A stretch of DNA of 64,000 nt. It comes from Patescibacteria group bacterium (GTDB lineage Bacteria > Patescibacteriota > Patescibacteriia > Buchananbacterales > UBA6539). The translations under genes were made by a program, and so were the position numbers. The DNA is taken from contig JBAZSB010000002.1 in assembly GCA_041662625.1 (NCBI GenBank), positions 85,497 through 149,496 of the forward strand. The letters are read 5' to 3'. This document shows positions 8,048 through 18,349 of this stretch, one piece after another (the stretch's first letter is position 1; each line of letters starts with the position of its first letter). The notes beneath the pieces were generated by a model. That model was not told where the DNA came from. It saw only the letters and a list, made by a program, of their open reading frames with translations, and made no database searches.

Positions 8048-9118
8048 ATGCGAAACAACATAATTACGGTTTTGGTTTCAATGTTAGCAATAACGTCGGC
8101 CTGGGCCGAAGGAAAAACCGAGGCCAGGGACCCGACTAAACGGATCCCAATAATTAAGGTCGGTGACACGGCAACACTGGACTTCTGGGGATTTGGCCAA
8201 GGAGCGTTTGTCGAAGACGCTGAACCTGACGAATTCCAGTGGACCAATCTGAGGTTGTACGGCAACCTGGAGGGGAAGCAACTCGGACTCGGGTTTGTCC
8301 TGAACTTCGCCGACCTGCAAGAGCCAGAAGGTAATTGGCTGCGTGAGCTTTACGGTAAGTTCAAACTGACCGATACCCTGGAAACCCGCGCCGGCCTGAT
8401 CCTGACTTCGGTTGGTAATGGTGAGGCTTTCCCCGGACCGCCCAAAAACGAAACCGTACTTTTCCCCCGAAGCTTACAGTTTGGCCAATATGGCTATGGC
8501 CTTCAGCTTCGCTGGAAAACCGATTTCTGGTCAGTAGTGGCTGACATCACCGGTAATACGGCCTTGCCATTCGATGATCCAAACAAGTTCAAGGATCTCG
8601 AGTTCTCCGGCCGGGTCAAACGGATCTTTCGAAACCACGAGCGCGAACTGGGCTATCTGGGGGGAACCGTTCAATTGACTAAAGCTGTCAACCGATTTGG
8701 TCTCGACGGTCAAGGGCAGCCGACCAAGACGCTGACTCTGCGCGGTGGCGTGTTCTACTCTGACTACGCCAGTGAAAAGCAAAGCAACCAGCTTAGTGGT
8801 TTTGGTCTAGCCGCGTATCGACCAAAGTCTTGGTTCGAAGTCCACACGATGATCGAGGGCACGAAAGATTTCGCCAAGGAGTACCAAGACCTCCAAGAGA
8901 AGAAAGACAAGCAGGGGAATGTCATTCACGATGAGTGGGGGAATATCATTTACGAAGAGGTGACGCGGCGGACATCAGATGCGACCGAAATCAGTTGGAC
9001 CAACGGGGTACGCTTCTTTGGAAAAGATGATCATTGGTCGTTAACGCTAGACTACAAGACTGTGCTGGAGGGACAGCGGGAAGACCAAATCTCGTTACGA
9101 GTGCATATTCCGTTCTGA
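8048..9118 (+). CDS. Secreted porin-like beta-barrel-type protein
   Basis: Signal peptide (AWA-E), alternating amphipathic strands (LRELYGKFKL, YGYGLQLRW, WSLTLDY), C-terminal Phe. SD AAGGAGG before ATG 8048. Confidence 0.6.
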   Translation: MRNNIITVLVSMLAITSAWAEGKTEARDPTKRIPIIKVGDTATLDFWGFGQGAFVEDAEPDEFQWTNLRLYGNLEGKQLGLGFVLNFADLQEPEGNWLRELYGKFKLTDTLETRAGLILTSVGNGEAFPGPPKNETVLFPRSLQFGQYGYGLQLRWKTDFWSVVADITGNTALPFDDPNKFKDLEFSGRVKRIFRNHERELGYLGGTVQLTKAVNRFGLDGQGQPTKTLTLRGGVFYSDYASEKQSNQLSGFGLAAYRPKSWFEVHTMIEGTKDFAKEYQDLQEKKDKQGNVIHDEWGNIIYEEVTRRTSDATEISWTNGVRFFGKDDHWSLTLDYKTVLEGQREDQISLRVHIPF

Positions 9119-9301
9119 TTCCTCGGAATCCAGGAGAGGGTTACTAGCAGCGGCGCTTGCCTTTTGGTGAGCGCTCTTTTTTTATCTCTTATCCTCAATC
9201 TCCTTGTTAAACAAAACTGAAGCTGCTATAATTGCTAATGAAGGGGGTCGTCGATTAACTATTAAACTATTTAATATTAATTAACAGCTAATTTTAACTT
9301 T

Positions 9302-9820
9302 ATGACGCCATTACCTAATCAGGCGAGTATGCCCAAGCCAGCCGCACCCAAACCAGCTGGTAGTAAACCAAATGTTTGGCTGATTGTCAGTATTATTTTG
9401 GCAATCATTTTAGTTGTCGTTGTGGTTATGAACTATACTGCCAAGCAAGGCGGTCAAGATAAATCTTTAACGACAGTTTTATCAACCCAGGCGGCCGGCG
9501 ATAAATTACTGGATTTTGTTAATAAAATCTATGGCTCTCAATTGGGGGCAATGTCAGTTAAAGAGGTAGCGGAAGAAAGTGGTCTATACAAAGTAATCTT
9601 CAGCCTGACTGATCCGACTACCGGCCAACCAGCTGATCAACCAGCCTTTATTACCAAAGACGGTAAAAAATTCATTCCCCAGGCAGTTGATATCGCTGAA
9701 GCTTTAACTCAGTTCGACGCTTTACAACAGCAGCAACAGGCTGCCCCAACTGCCGGAACTCCAACACCAACACCTGAACCAACACCGACACCGGAGCCAG
9801 AAACTCCCCCAGCAGAATAA
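9302..9820 (+). CDS. Membrane-anchored hypothetical protein with Pro/Thr tail
   Basis: One TM helix; EESGLYKV...ITKDGKKFIP resembles DsbA/DsbC-like N-terminal domains but lacks CxxC. Confidence 0.7.
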   Translation: MTPLPNQASMPKPAAPKPAGSKPNVWLIVSIILAIILVVVVVMNYTAKQGGQDKSLTTVLSTQAAGDKLLDFVNKIYGSQLGAMSVKEVAEESGLYKVIFSLTDPTTGQPADQPAFITKDGKKFIPQAVDIAEALTQFDALQQQQQAAPTAGTPTPTPEPTPTPEPETPPAE

Positions 9821-9918
9821 TAAACAAAAAACTCAAAATAAAAACAACTCTGATTTTTCAGGGTTGTTTTTTTAATTAAAAAACCGAACACTTGACGGCA
9901 GATTATTCCAAGAATTTC

Positions 9919-9967
9919 TTGACAAAAAGAAAAATAATTAGTATTATAATGAACTTGATCTTTAGCA
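9919..9967 (+). promoter_or_regulatory. sigma70 promoter plus boxA-like motif
   Basis: TTGACA(9919)-17-TATTAT(9942); TGATCTTTAGCA at 9956. Confidence 0.6.
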
Positions 9968-10031
9968 ATTTATACCATTTGGCAACAGATGTTTTGGCAA
10001 TACAGTCTAACGGTAAAGGGAGGAAAAGAGT

Positions 10032-10784
10032 ATGACCATAACGGTCGGGGAACAGCAGGTGCTTGACGCTTCTATTTCACCTGAGGTCGTAGTGTTGTAT
10101 CACAATGGTTCACGAGAGCCCTTTGGGATCATCAGGATTGAGCACCCTGAGACTATTCAAGCAGTTGACGGAAAGACACTCCAACATCTGCTTCGTGATA
10201 CCAATACGGATTGGCTCAGACTCCAGAGTGTTTCTCTTAGGCAAATTCGGGCGCGGCTCGGATTCGAGAAGTGCCTGAGAGCAGCTCGGGGTTTAGTGGA
10301 AACCATTATTGACACCACCGGTAGAGAGGGGGAATTCCAGCAAGCAGCCAGGCTGCTTGAGGACTACCTCCACCTTCCCAATTTGCGGGAAAGGTTGGAA
10401 AACATCCTCTGCTCGCCGACGACACCAATTGTGGTGAGTCTCGACGAAGTAATTAAGTCCATTGATCAGGACACAACGCCGATAGTCCATGAGTTACTCG
10501 TTGGAATTGAAGAATGCCGCAGTCAAAGTGGGACCATCAATTTGGCCTGGGGCACGCTTCCAGTACGGATTTTCGGCAGCCGGGAAAAACGGAAGTACTT
10601 GGAAACAGTTCTAACCCGACTCGGCGTTTTTCGCCGGCTGGCTCAAGGTCATGACCTACAAGCTATTTGTGACGGCTTACGCGCAAACAATCCAGAGTTG
10701 GCTGCGTTGCCAATCTTCGAGCAAGTGATGCGAAGCTGGCAGAGAGATCTACCTACGGGAACGACGGCAACGACGGCGCAGTAG
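10032..10784 (+). CDS. Hypothetical orphan protein
   Basis: 250-aa ORF, GGGAGG SD, first gene of a GC-rich unit. Confidence 0.7.
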   Translation: MTITVGEQQVLDASISPEVVVLYHNGSREPFGIIRIEHPETIQAVDGKTLQHLLRDTNTDWLRLQSVSLRQIRARLGFEKCLRAARGLVETIIDTTGREGEFQQAARLLEDYLHLPNLRERLENILCSPTTPIVVSLDEVIKSIDQDTTPIVHELLVGIEECRSQSGTINLAWGTLPVRIFGSREKRKYLETVLTRLGVFRRLAQGHDLQAICDGLRANNPELAALPIFEQVMRSWQRDLPTGTTATTAQ

Positions 10785-10806
10785 ACAAGCGCCAGAAAGG
10801 AATGGT

Positions 10807-11415
10807 ATGAGAATCAATTGGATGGTTCTGGTAGCAACAGCGGCTTTCGTAATTGTGGAGATGGCGATCTCCGCATTGGGCCCAAAGACTGACTTCCCTT
10901 TGTGGAAACACGGGGGAATCTGGGGCGACCTGCTCCTATTCGCCGTGATCAACGCTGTCGTCTGGAATCACCTGCGCCTGCCCGGTCTCTGGGTAGTCGT
11001 GGTGATCCTGATAATCGCTGACACAGCGGCAATAGGAATGCACAAGATGTGGTTCGCCGGCCAGGAAGGCATGACCAGTGGGATTTGGCCGACTTGGCCG
11101 AATAACGGCTGCTGGGGCGGCATGAGCCCTGCTGGTTTCATGCACGTGGCTTTCATGACAACGCAGATCGCGATTCTGCTGCTGTTCGTGCTTTCACCCG
11201 CGCCACCTTCGGTCGTCTGGACCGCCGCCATCCTGCTGACAGCGTTCTGGCCGATCAGCGTCCTCCAGCCGTGCTGGTACATAACCAGCAAGTGGATTGA
11301 CGCGATGGCCATCACCAACTCAGCGATTATGGTGGTCGGCACCTGGGGAGCCTGCTGGGTCAAATTGGCCCGGCCGGAATGGATTAAGTTTGTAGTGAAG
11401 TTAACCAGAGGATAA
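10807..11415 (+). CDS. Hypothetical Trp-rich multi-pass membrane protein
   Basis: About 6 hydrophobic segments; AAAGGA SD. Confidence 0.7.
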   Translation: MRINWMVLVATAAFVIVEMAISALGPKTDFPLWKHGGIWGDLLLFAVINAVVWNHLRLPGLWVVVVILIIADTAAIGMHKMWFAGQEGMTSGIWPTWPNNGCWGGMSPAGFMHVAFMTTQIAILLLFVLSPAPPSVVWTAAILLTAFWPISVLQPCWYITSKWIDAMAITNSAIMVVGTWGACWVKLARPEWIKFVVKLTRG

Positions 11416-11429
11416 GAAGGAGATACCAG

Positions 11430-11672
11430 ATGGGACAAGACGGATTTACCTTCGACAAACTTATCGGCAAACGGTTCCGCTGCACCAAGACCATGCAGTG
11501 GATCCAAATCACAGCCGACGATAAGGACAAGGCCACTTCAGGAAATGACGGTCATCCTTACTGGGATGTGCCGTGTCCGGAACCGGGATGCGGTGGCTTT
11601 CACCGCTTCTGGCACAAGACCAACAACCACCGGCCGGGCAAAGCCGCACTGGCGCCAACGGCGGAAGCGTGA
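11430..11672 (+). CDS. Small putative Zn-ribbon protein
   Basis: FRCTKT...VPCPEPGCGGFH; AAGGAG SD. Confidence 0.6.
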   Translation: MGQDGFTFDKLIGKRFRCTKTMQWIQITADDKDKATSGNDGHPYWDVPCPEPGCGGFHRFWHKTNNHRPGKAALAPTAEA

Positions 11673-11912
11673 CCATGACCAGATGCCAAATTCAACGGTT
11701 CGCCGCCGGAGCTACAGCTTTCTTGAATGACCATGCCACCTGGCGGGCGCAACGCGGAAGAAGGCCATCAATGCCTTACATCAAACTCTGGGCAACCCTG
11801 AAAGCCACCCGGTCTACGTGGTACCGCCAGTAAAGGCAGCAGTGCCACTTCAACGGCAACGGCTAAACTAAGCCCAGTACACCTCGGAGGGGAAGGAGAG
11901 GAATTTATAATA

Positions 11913-11953
11913 AGAGCCCCAGCAGGACACCTTGTCCACTGGGCTCTTTTTCT
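11913..11953. terminator. Intrinsic terminator
   Basis: agagccc...gggctct hairpin followed by a T-run, between convergent genes. Confidence 0.6.
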
Positions 11954-11979
11954 TTTTACCTGAGGATAACAACCAAACT

Positions 11980-13482
11980 TTAACCTAAACTTTTCCGGAT
12001 TTTCCCCGATTCAATAATTTCTTTACTCAAAGGCTTTTTTGCCTGCCAAAGATAGTAAATATTGGAAGTGAGATTGCGATGGATAAAATCTGCATTAGTT
12101 TTGGGACCAAATTCCGTCTTAAAATGATTTTCTAAAATCTCAACATCAGTTTGAATCTGCTGCCAGACCCGCTGTTTTTTCGCCAATTGATTCAAATTTT
12201 CTTTATTAAGATAACGCCCGGCTAAAAAAATATCTTTTTTGAAATTGAGATAATATTTTTCTAATCTGATTCCCTTTTTACTCAAAGCCTGCAAGCCGCG
12301 GCCGGTACCGATAAACTCCGGCGGCACGCCCAAAGAATAAAGAATTGCCGTAAAGGGAATTGCCCGGGGCAGATGTCTTTTACCAATCAGGCGGGAATAA
12401 CCAAAAAGGCCGACGTGTAATTTGCGCTCCCGCCGCGACGGCACTTGCTCGGAAAGTTTATTGATTAAATCGGCCAACGGCTCAACGCTTCTTCGATAAA
12501 ACGGCTCAAACGTCCGACAAATTTCTTTGGCTTCCTGGAATTCTTTGGGGTTATAAATTTTAACTGGCGTTTTTGGTAATTTTGAATTCAAAATTTTGAT
12601 GGCCTGCTTAACTTTAGCCAGCGGAAAATCATAACGAAAAGCCGATTGAATATAAACTGTGCGCATCCCGGAATATTCTTTCAAGAAATCAGAAATTCTT
12701 TCCGGCGATAAACTGCCGCGGAAAGGCAGCGTGCCAACACCGATTGCCGGATAAACTTTTATCTTATGATCGCGGCCAAAACGATGATATTCTGATAAAG
12801 CAATTTTGCCTGCCACAACGGCCGGAACTAAGCCGGCATTAAGTGCCGGGTCACTGCGGGCAATATGCAACCTCAAATATTCCGGTTTTACCTTGTATTC
12901 TTTTTGATGTAAAACCAAATAGCGATCCAAAAGCTTGCGGCAGCCAATTAAAGTTTCCATTCGTTCCAAAAGCGGCAGAACGTTAAGGTAAGTAAAGCTA
13001 CAACGCTCATTAAAAAGCCGGCATTTAAACTTGGCCAGCTTGGTAAAAGTTTTTTGGATATAAATAATGTGTTCGGCCTTAATCGTCATTGGCAAAATCA
13101 CTTCAAAAAGCGGCGGATGATGAAATTTCAAATCCCGGGCAAAGCTATCAGCAGTCAGAATCCCCATTAATGCCCGCGTTAAGCCGTAACCTTTCTCCTG
13201 CCAGATATTAGGAATCCGAAAAGTCAAAAATTTATCCTTACCCAGCTGGTTAGTCTGGAAATATTGATGATAAGAATGAAACATTTTATCAACTACGGCT
13301 TCATCAACATATTTACCCTCCCAATCCCACATGAATTCCTGGCAATCTAAATCTTTGAAGGCGGAACAACATTCCAAAACCTCTTCATGGGTGGAAACAA
13401 AACCATCCCCATCTTTTTCCCAATAGGGGGCGCAGGCATTATCCGGATGTTGGGTGGCCATAGTGGCCGGTATTTGGCGCAT
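11980..13482 (-). CDS. ppcA: Phosphoenolpyruvate carboxylase, archaeal type
   Basis: IPATMATQHPDNA, MWDWEGKYVD, ARSDPALNAG, GTLPFRG, LPRAIPFT motifs; 500 aa. Confidence 0.92.
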   Translation of the reverse strand: MRQIPATMATQHPDNACAPYWEKDGDGFVSTHEEVLECCSAFKDLDCQEFMWDWEGKYVDEAVVDKMFHSYHQYFQTNQLGKDKFLTFRIPNIWQEKGYGLTRALMGILTADSFARDLKFHHPPLFEVILPMTIKAEHIIYIQKTFTKLAKFKCRLFNERCSFTYLNVLPLLERMETLIGCRKLLDRYLVLHQKEYKVKPEYLRLHIARSDPALNAGLVPAVVAGKIALSEYHRFGRDHKIKVYPAIGVGTLPFRGSLSPERISDFLKEYSGMRTVYIQSAFRYDFPLAKVKQAIKILNSKLPKTPVKIYNPKEFQEAKEICRTFEPFYRRSVEPLADLINKLSEQVPSRRERKLHVGLFGYSRLIGKRHLPRAIPFTAILYSLGVPPEFIGTGRGLQALSKKGIRLEKYYLNFKKDIFLAGRYLNKENLNQLAKKQRVWQQIQTDVEILENHFKTEFGPKTNADFIHRNLTSNIYYLWQAKKPLSKEIIESGKIRKSLG

Positions 13483-13673
13483 AAACTGAGTTTTATAATA
13501 AAAGTATTATAGCACAGAAACAAAAAAGCTAGAAAACATCAAGGTAAATTGCCTTTTTGGCTTTTAGTAAATATTCCTAAGCTATTTTACTAGACAAAAA
13601 ATTCCCCCGGCGCTATAATACTTTTGTCTTTAAAAAAACCACCATTTTTTACGCTTAATAATAAAAACTTATT

Positions 13674-14000
13674 ATGTCTGAACTTAAATTTACTGATGAA
13701 AACTTCCAAGAAGAAGTCATAAACTCCAAAGTCCCAGTTTTAATTGACTTTTGGGCTCCTTGGTGCGGACCTTGTAAGATGCAAGCACCGATATTAGAAG
13801 AACTAGCCAAAGATTTTGAGGGCAAGAAGGTAAAAATTGGTAAACTCAACGTTGATGAAGCCGGGAAATCCGCCAGTCAGTTTCAAATCATGAGTATCCC
13901 CACTCTAATGATATTTAAAAATGGCAAACCCTTTGAACAAATGGTGGGTGTTCAGGATAAAAAAACTCTGACCGAAAAATTGAATAAATTATTAGCATGA
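13674..14000 (+). CDS. trxA: Thioredoxin
   Basis: DFWAPWCGPC. Confidence 0.95.
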   Translation: MSELKFTDENFQEEVINSKVPVLIDFWAPWCGPCKMQAPILEELAKDFEGKKVKIGKLNVDEAGKSASQFQIMSIPTLMIFKNGKPFEQMVGVQDKKTLTEKLNKLLA

Positions 14001-14956
14001 AATCTGAAGATTTATACGATATTATCATCATTGGCGCCGGGCCAGCTGGACTGACAGCTGGTCTTTATAGTTCCAGACGGACTTTAAAGACTTTAATTTT
14101 ATCCAAAGACTTAGGCGGCCAAGCAGCCATTACCTATGAAGTGGAAAATTATCCCGGAGTTGATTTAACTGATGGTTTCAGTCTGATGAAAAGATTTGCC
14201 GAATCGGCCCAAAAATTCGGGGCCGAGATTAAATACAATGAAGTTAAAAAAATCATAAAACAGGAAGATAAATTTTTAGTCAAAACGGATAACGAAGAAT
14301 TTATTGCCAAGACTTTGGTCTTAGCGTTTGGCTTGATGCCTTCTGATCTCAATGTACCAGGGGAAAAAGAATTTAAAGGTCATGGTGTTTCCTATTGTGC
14401 CACTTGCGACGGGCCACTTTATAAAAATAAAACTGTTGCCGTTATCGGCGGCGGCAATTCCGCACTTGATGCCGCAGAATATTTAGCCAAACTAGCGGCT
14501 AAAGTTTATTTAATCCACCGGCGGGATCAGTTCCGCGGGGAAAAAGTTATTTTGGAAAAACTAAAGAATAATCAAAAAGTAGAAATGGTTTTAAGTTCGG
14601 AAATAAAAGAGATCAAGGGCAACGGAGTAGTTAAATCAATTGTTATCACTGATAATGGTCATGGCCAGCTTAAAGAATTAGAAGTTGATGGTGTTTTTGT
14701 GGAAGTTGGCTACTCGCCAAAAACCGAGTTAGTCAAAGATTTAGTCAAACTCAATGAACGAGGAGAAATTATCACTGACAAAGATTCTAATACTACCCAG
14801 CCCGGCATTTTTGCCTGCGGCGATGTTACTGACTCATCCTATAAACAAATTGTGATTTCGGCCGGCGAAGGCGCCAAAGCCGCTTTGCAAGCCTACAAAT
14901 ATCTTTATTTGGAACGCGGAGAAAAAATTCTGCCTGATTGGGAACAGAAAAAGTAG
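13997..14956 (+). CDS. trxB: Thioredoxin-disulfide reductase
   Basis: GAGPAG, GVSYCATCDG, GGGNSA, GIFACGD. Confidence 0.93.
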   Translation: MKSEDLYDIIIIGAGPAGLTAGLYSSRRTLKTLILSKDLGGQAAITYEVENYPGVDLTDGFSLMKRFAESAQKFGAEIKYNEVKKIIKQEDKFLVKTDNEEFIAKTLVLAFGLMPSDLNVPGEKEFKGHGVSYCATCDGPLYKNKTVAVIGGGNSALDAAEYLAKLAAKVYLIHRRDQFRGEKVILEKLKNNQKVEMVLSSEIKEIKGNGVVKSIVITDNGHGQLKELEVDGVFVEVGYSPKTELVKDLVKLNERGEIITDKDSNTTQPGIFACGDVTDSSYKQIVISAGEGAKAALQAYKYLYLERGEKILPDWEQKK

Positions 14957-15108
14957 GGAAAAAGAGTTGATAGAGTGAATAAAGCGATAAAGTTAATAAA
15001 GTTAATAGCCCGAAAGGGTTATTTTTGTTATTGACAGAATAATATGCTCTTGCTAAGTTACCAGCAGAAAACAGGGAGGAAGTTTAATCACAATAGGAGG
15101 GCCACAAC

Positions 15109-15669
15109 ATGGCCAAACCAGTAATGGAAAAAGTAGTTCACCCCCTCTTGACCGCTGTTGCCAAAGACGATATCAACTCAGTTACGGATCTCCTGGCCGG
15201 AGAAGGGCAGACAGACGTTCTGGTCCGAGATGAATTTGGCTGCACCGCTTTACACATTGCAACATTCCGAGGCAATGTGGACCTCGCCTTTCTGCTGATC
15301 GATACGATGACCAGGAAAGACGAAAAAAGCCTTGACCTGAAGGAACGGGCTGGCGGCCAAGCCGCGTTGCACATCGCCGCAATGGGCAATACTACGGCCG
15401 AAAAAAAGGCCACCCGGTTGGAAATCGCCCGACTTTTGCTGAGCCATGGCGCCGACATCAACTTGAAGGATAATGGCGAAAGGACGGCACTCCACATCGC
15501 TTGCGCCGACGGCTGGTTGGAAATGGTCCAGTTACTCTGCGAAAAGCGAGAGAAGACCGCCGACATCAATGCGCGCGAACGCTGCACCAGCACAGCCTTA
15601 GGTCTGGCAGAAAAAGCGGGCCACCAGGAGATAGTGGACTATCTCAAAGAACGGGGCGGCACCCGCTAA
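15109..15669 (+). CDS. Ankyrin-repeat protein
   Basis: GCTALHIA, GQAALHIA, ERTALHIAC, LLLSHGADIN. GC-rich, AGGAGG SD, own terminator at 15707-15741. Confidence 0.9.
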   Translation: MAKPVMEKVVHPLLTAVAKDDINSVTDLLAGEGQTDVLVRDEFGCTALHIATFRGNVDLAFLLIDTMTRKDEKSLDLKERAGGQAALHIAAMGNTTAEKKATRLEIARLLLSHGADINLKDNGERTALHIACADGWLEMVQLLCEKREKTADINARERCTSTALGLAEKAGHQEIVDYLKERGGTR

Positions 15670-15794
15670 GCCAAGGCCGCGGCGTGATTATAAGTGGACT
15701 ACAGAGACGGCTCGACTCAACTCAGCGAGCCGCTTTTTTTTATTCAAAAACTCAGTTATAATAAATAATACCATTAATAATTTATCAAAAAACT

Positions 15795-16994
15795 ATGCCA
15801 TTAAATGTCTCAAAAAGAACCCAACAATTGATTACTTCGCCCATCCGCAAATTCCTGCCATTAGTAGTGCAGGCGGAAAAAAGAGGGATCAAAGTTTACA
15901 AAATTAATGTCGGTGACCCAGACATTGCCCCCCCACCCCAGTTTTTGCAGACTGTCAAAAAATACAATAAAATAAATATCCGTTATGCTCCGTCCCCGGG
16001 TATTCCTGAACATGTCCAAGCCTGGATTAAATACTATGCCGGTTTTGGTATTAATTTAAAACCGCAAAATATTGTCCCGACCGTTGGCGGCGCCGAAGGC
16101 ATAATTTTGGCAATGATGGCTGTAGCTAATCCCGGCGATGAAATCATTGTCTTTGAACCGCTTTATACCAGCTACAAAGGTTTTGCCACAATGTGCGACG
16201 TTAAACTGGTACCAGTCACTTTGAAAGTGGAAAATAACTTTGCCCTGCCTTCCCAAAAAGAAATCGAAAAAAAGATTACCAAAAAAACCAAAGCCATCGT
16301 TGTTATTAATCCTAATAATCCGACTGGCACGGCTTTAACGGACAAGGAAATAAAGCTGGTTATTAAAATTGCCAAAATTCATAGCCTTTTTATTATTTCT
16401 GATGAAACTTACCGCGAGATTGTTTTTACGGGCAAACCCACCAGCTTGCTAAAATTTTCAGCAGCCAAAAAAAATCTGGTTTTAGTGGACAGCGCTTCCA
16501 AAAGATTTTCCATGCCCGGCGCCCGCATTGGCTGCATTGCCAGTTATAACCCAGATATTATGTGGTCAATCTTAAAACTGGCAATGATCCGGCTCTCCGT
16601 GCCGACTTTGGAGCAATACGGCTTAGTGCCAATTTTAAATAATTCCAAACCCTACACGACCAAACTTCAGCGCGAATACAAAAAGCGCCGTGACGTAATC
16701 TTCAACGCTTTGACTAAAATGCCGGGGGTGGAATGTAAAAAACCTCAAGGTGCTTTCTACATCATTGCTAAGCTGCCGGTAAAAAATGCTGAGGATTTCA
16801 TCAAATTTTTGCTGAATGATTTCAACTACCAGGGTAAAACCGTTTTACTGACTCCGGCGGCAGAATTCTATGTCACCCGTGGCATTGGCAAAAATGAAAT
16901 TCGGATTGCTTATGTTTTAAACACCAAGGAATTAAAGGAAGCAATGGTAGTCTTACAAAAAGCCTTGGAGCAATATCAGCTCTCTACATGCTAA
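15795..16994 (+). CDS. PLP-dependent class I/II aminotransferase (AspC-like)
   Basis: NPNNPTG, ISDETYRE, SASKRFSMPGARIG. Confidence 0.9.
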   Translation: MPLNVSKRTQQLITSPIRKFLPLVVQAEKRGIKVYKINVGDPDIAPPPQFLQTVKKYNKINIRYAPSPGIPEHVQAWIKYYAGFGINLKPQNIVPTVGGAEGIILAMMAVANPGDEIIVFEPLYTSYKGFATMCDVKLVPVTLKVENNFALPSQKEIEKKITKKTKAIVVINPNNPTGTALTDKEIKLVIKIAKIHSLFIISDETYREIVFTGKPTSLLKFSAAKKNLVLVDSASKRFSMPGARIGCIASYNPDIMWSILKLAMIRLSVPTLEQYGLVPILNNSKPYTTKLQREYKKRRDVIFNALTKMPGVECKKPQGAFYIIAKLPVKNAEDFIKFLLNDFNYQGKTVLLTPAAEFYVTRGIGKNEIRIAYVLNTKELKEAMVVLQKALEQYQLSTC

Positions 16995-17077
16995 AAAAAT
17001 GGGAACAAAACTTATCAACTAATTATTCACCGATCATTCGACGATTTCCACAACTTATTCAGAGATTATACTAAATT

Positions 17078-17689
17078 ATGTATTACCCTAACCGGCGACA
17101 GGAAAAAAAGCTACAAAGAAAGGGTTTTAAATATATTGCCGGGATTGACGAAGCCGGCCGCGGGGCTTGGGCGGGCCCAATTGTTGCCGCAGCGGTAATT
17201 TTAAACCCCAAGGTTAAAATTAAAGGGATAAAAGATTCAAAACTCCTGCGTTCCCCTGATCGCAAAGAACTTTTTTTAAAAATTACCGAAAATGCCGTCG
17301 CTTGGGGAATCGGGGTAATTAGCCATAAAATGATTGATCAGATCGGCATCCAACAAGCCAACATTTTGGCGATGAAAGATGCTGTGAAGAACTTGGCGGT
17401 TTTGCCGGATTATTTATTAACTGATGCTTTAACAATTGAGTACAAAAAATTGCCGAACTTAGCAATTATTGACGGCGATTACAAAATTACGACCATTGCT
17501 GCCGCCTCAATTATTGCCAAAGTCAGCCGCGATCAGATTATGGATGGACTAGATGAGAAATATCCGCCTTATGGCTTTAAGCAGCATAAGGGTTATGGGA
17601 CCAGCCATCATTTTCAAATGATTAACCAGTATGGCATTTGCGAACTGCACCGTAAAAGTTTTGAACCAATCAAGTATTTTATAAACTAA
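17078..17689 (+). CDS. rnhB: Ribonuclease HII
   Basis: GIDEAGRGAWAGP, DSK, AAASIIAKVSRD, HKGYGT. Confidence 0.95.
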   Translation: MYYPNRRQEKKLQRKGFKYIAGIDEAGRGAWAGPIVAAAVILNPKVKIKGIKDSKLLRSPDRKELFLKITENAVAWGIGVISHKMIDQIGIQQANILAMKDAVKNLAVLPDYLLTDALTIEYKKLPNLAIIDGDYKITTIAAASIIAKVSRDQIMDGLDEKYPPYGFKQHKGYGTSHHFQMINQYGICELHRKSFEPIKYFIN

Positions 17690-17730
17690 TAAATTGCTGT
17701 ATAATTAAGTCGGGTATTAAATAAAAAAAA

Positions 17731-17796
17731 TCCCTAATTCCTACCTGCCCGCCGAAGCCTCGGCGGAGGCGGGATTCCTAATTCCTAATTCCTAAA
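17731..17796. repeat. TTCCTAA heptamer array interrupted by a CCCGCC...GGCGGG palindrome
   Basis: ttccta[cctgcccgccgaagcctcggcggaggcggg]a-ttcctaa x3; palindromic insert at 17744-17773. Confidence 0.65.
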
Positions 17797-17797
17797 A

Positions 17798-18349
17798 ATG
17801 GTCTACGTTTCTGGTGGCAATGAGCTTTTAAATCCGACCACGATTTTAAGCCGGTTGGGAGTCAAAACCGGAGCTAAAATCGCCGATTTAGGCTGTGGCA
17901 GCGCTGGCCATTTCGTTATCCCCGCCGCCCACTTGGTTGGTTCACAGACTACTGTTTATGCAGTTGATATTTTAAAATCGGTCTTGCGTTCTGTTACCGG
18001 GGTTGCTAGACTGGAAGGAGTCAATAATATCAAACCAATCTGGTCAAATCTGGAAATCGTCGGGGCGACCAAGATCAAACCGGGCAGTCTGGATTTTACT
18101 TTGCTGATTAATAATCTGTTTCAGACAAAAAAAATGGAAAATATGATTAAAGAAGCGATCCGACTCCTGAAGCCAGAAGGCAAAATCTTAATCGTTGACT
18201 GGAACCAGGTTCCTGCTTCTTTCGGACCATCGCTGACTGATCGAGTTAAACCTGAGGTGGTAAAAAAAGTTGCCCAAAGTCTAGGCTTAAATTTAGTTGA
18301 GGAATTTGCCGCCGGCACTTATCATTATGGATTAATATTTGAAAAATGA
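17798..18349 (+). CDS. Class I SAM-dependent methyltransferase
   Basis: IADLGCGSAG, VYAVDI, LKPEGKILIVDW. Confidence 0.85.
   Translation: MVYVSGGNELLNPTTILSRLGVKTGAKIADLGCGSAGHFVIPAAHLVGSQTTVYAVDILKSVLRSVTGVARLEGVNNIKPIWSNLEIVGATKIKPGSLDFTLLINNLFQTKKMENMIKEAIRLLKPEGKILIVDWNQVPASFGPSLTDRVKPEVVKKVAQSLGLNLVEEFAAGTYHYGLIFEK

Noticed and set aside
4917-11833. Prophage or integron
   Set aside because: No integrase or phage structural genes and no attC-like sites; the orphan units have their own promoters.
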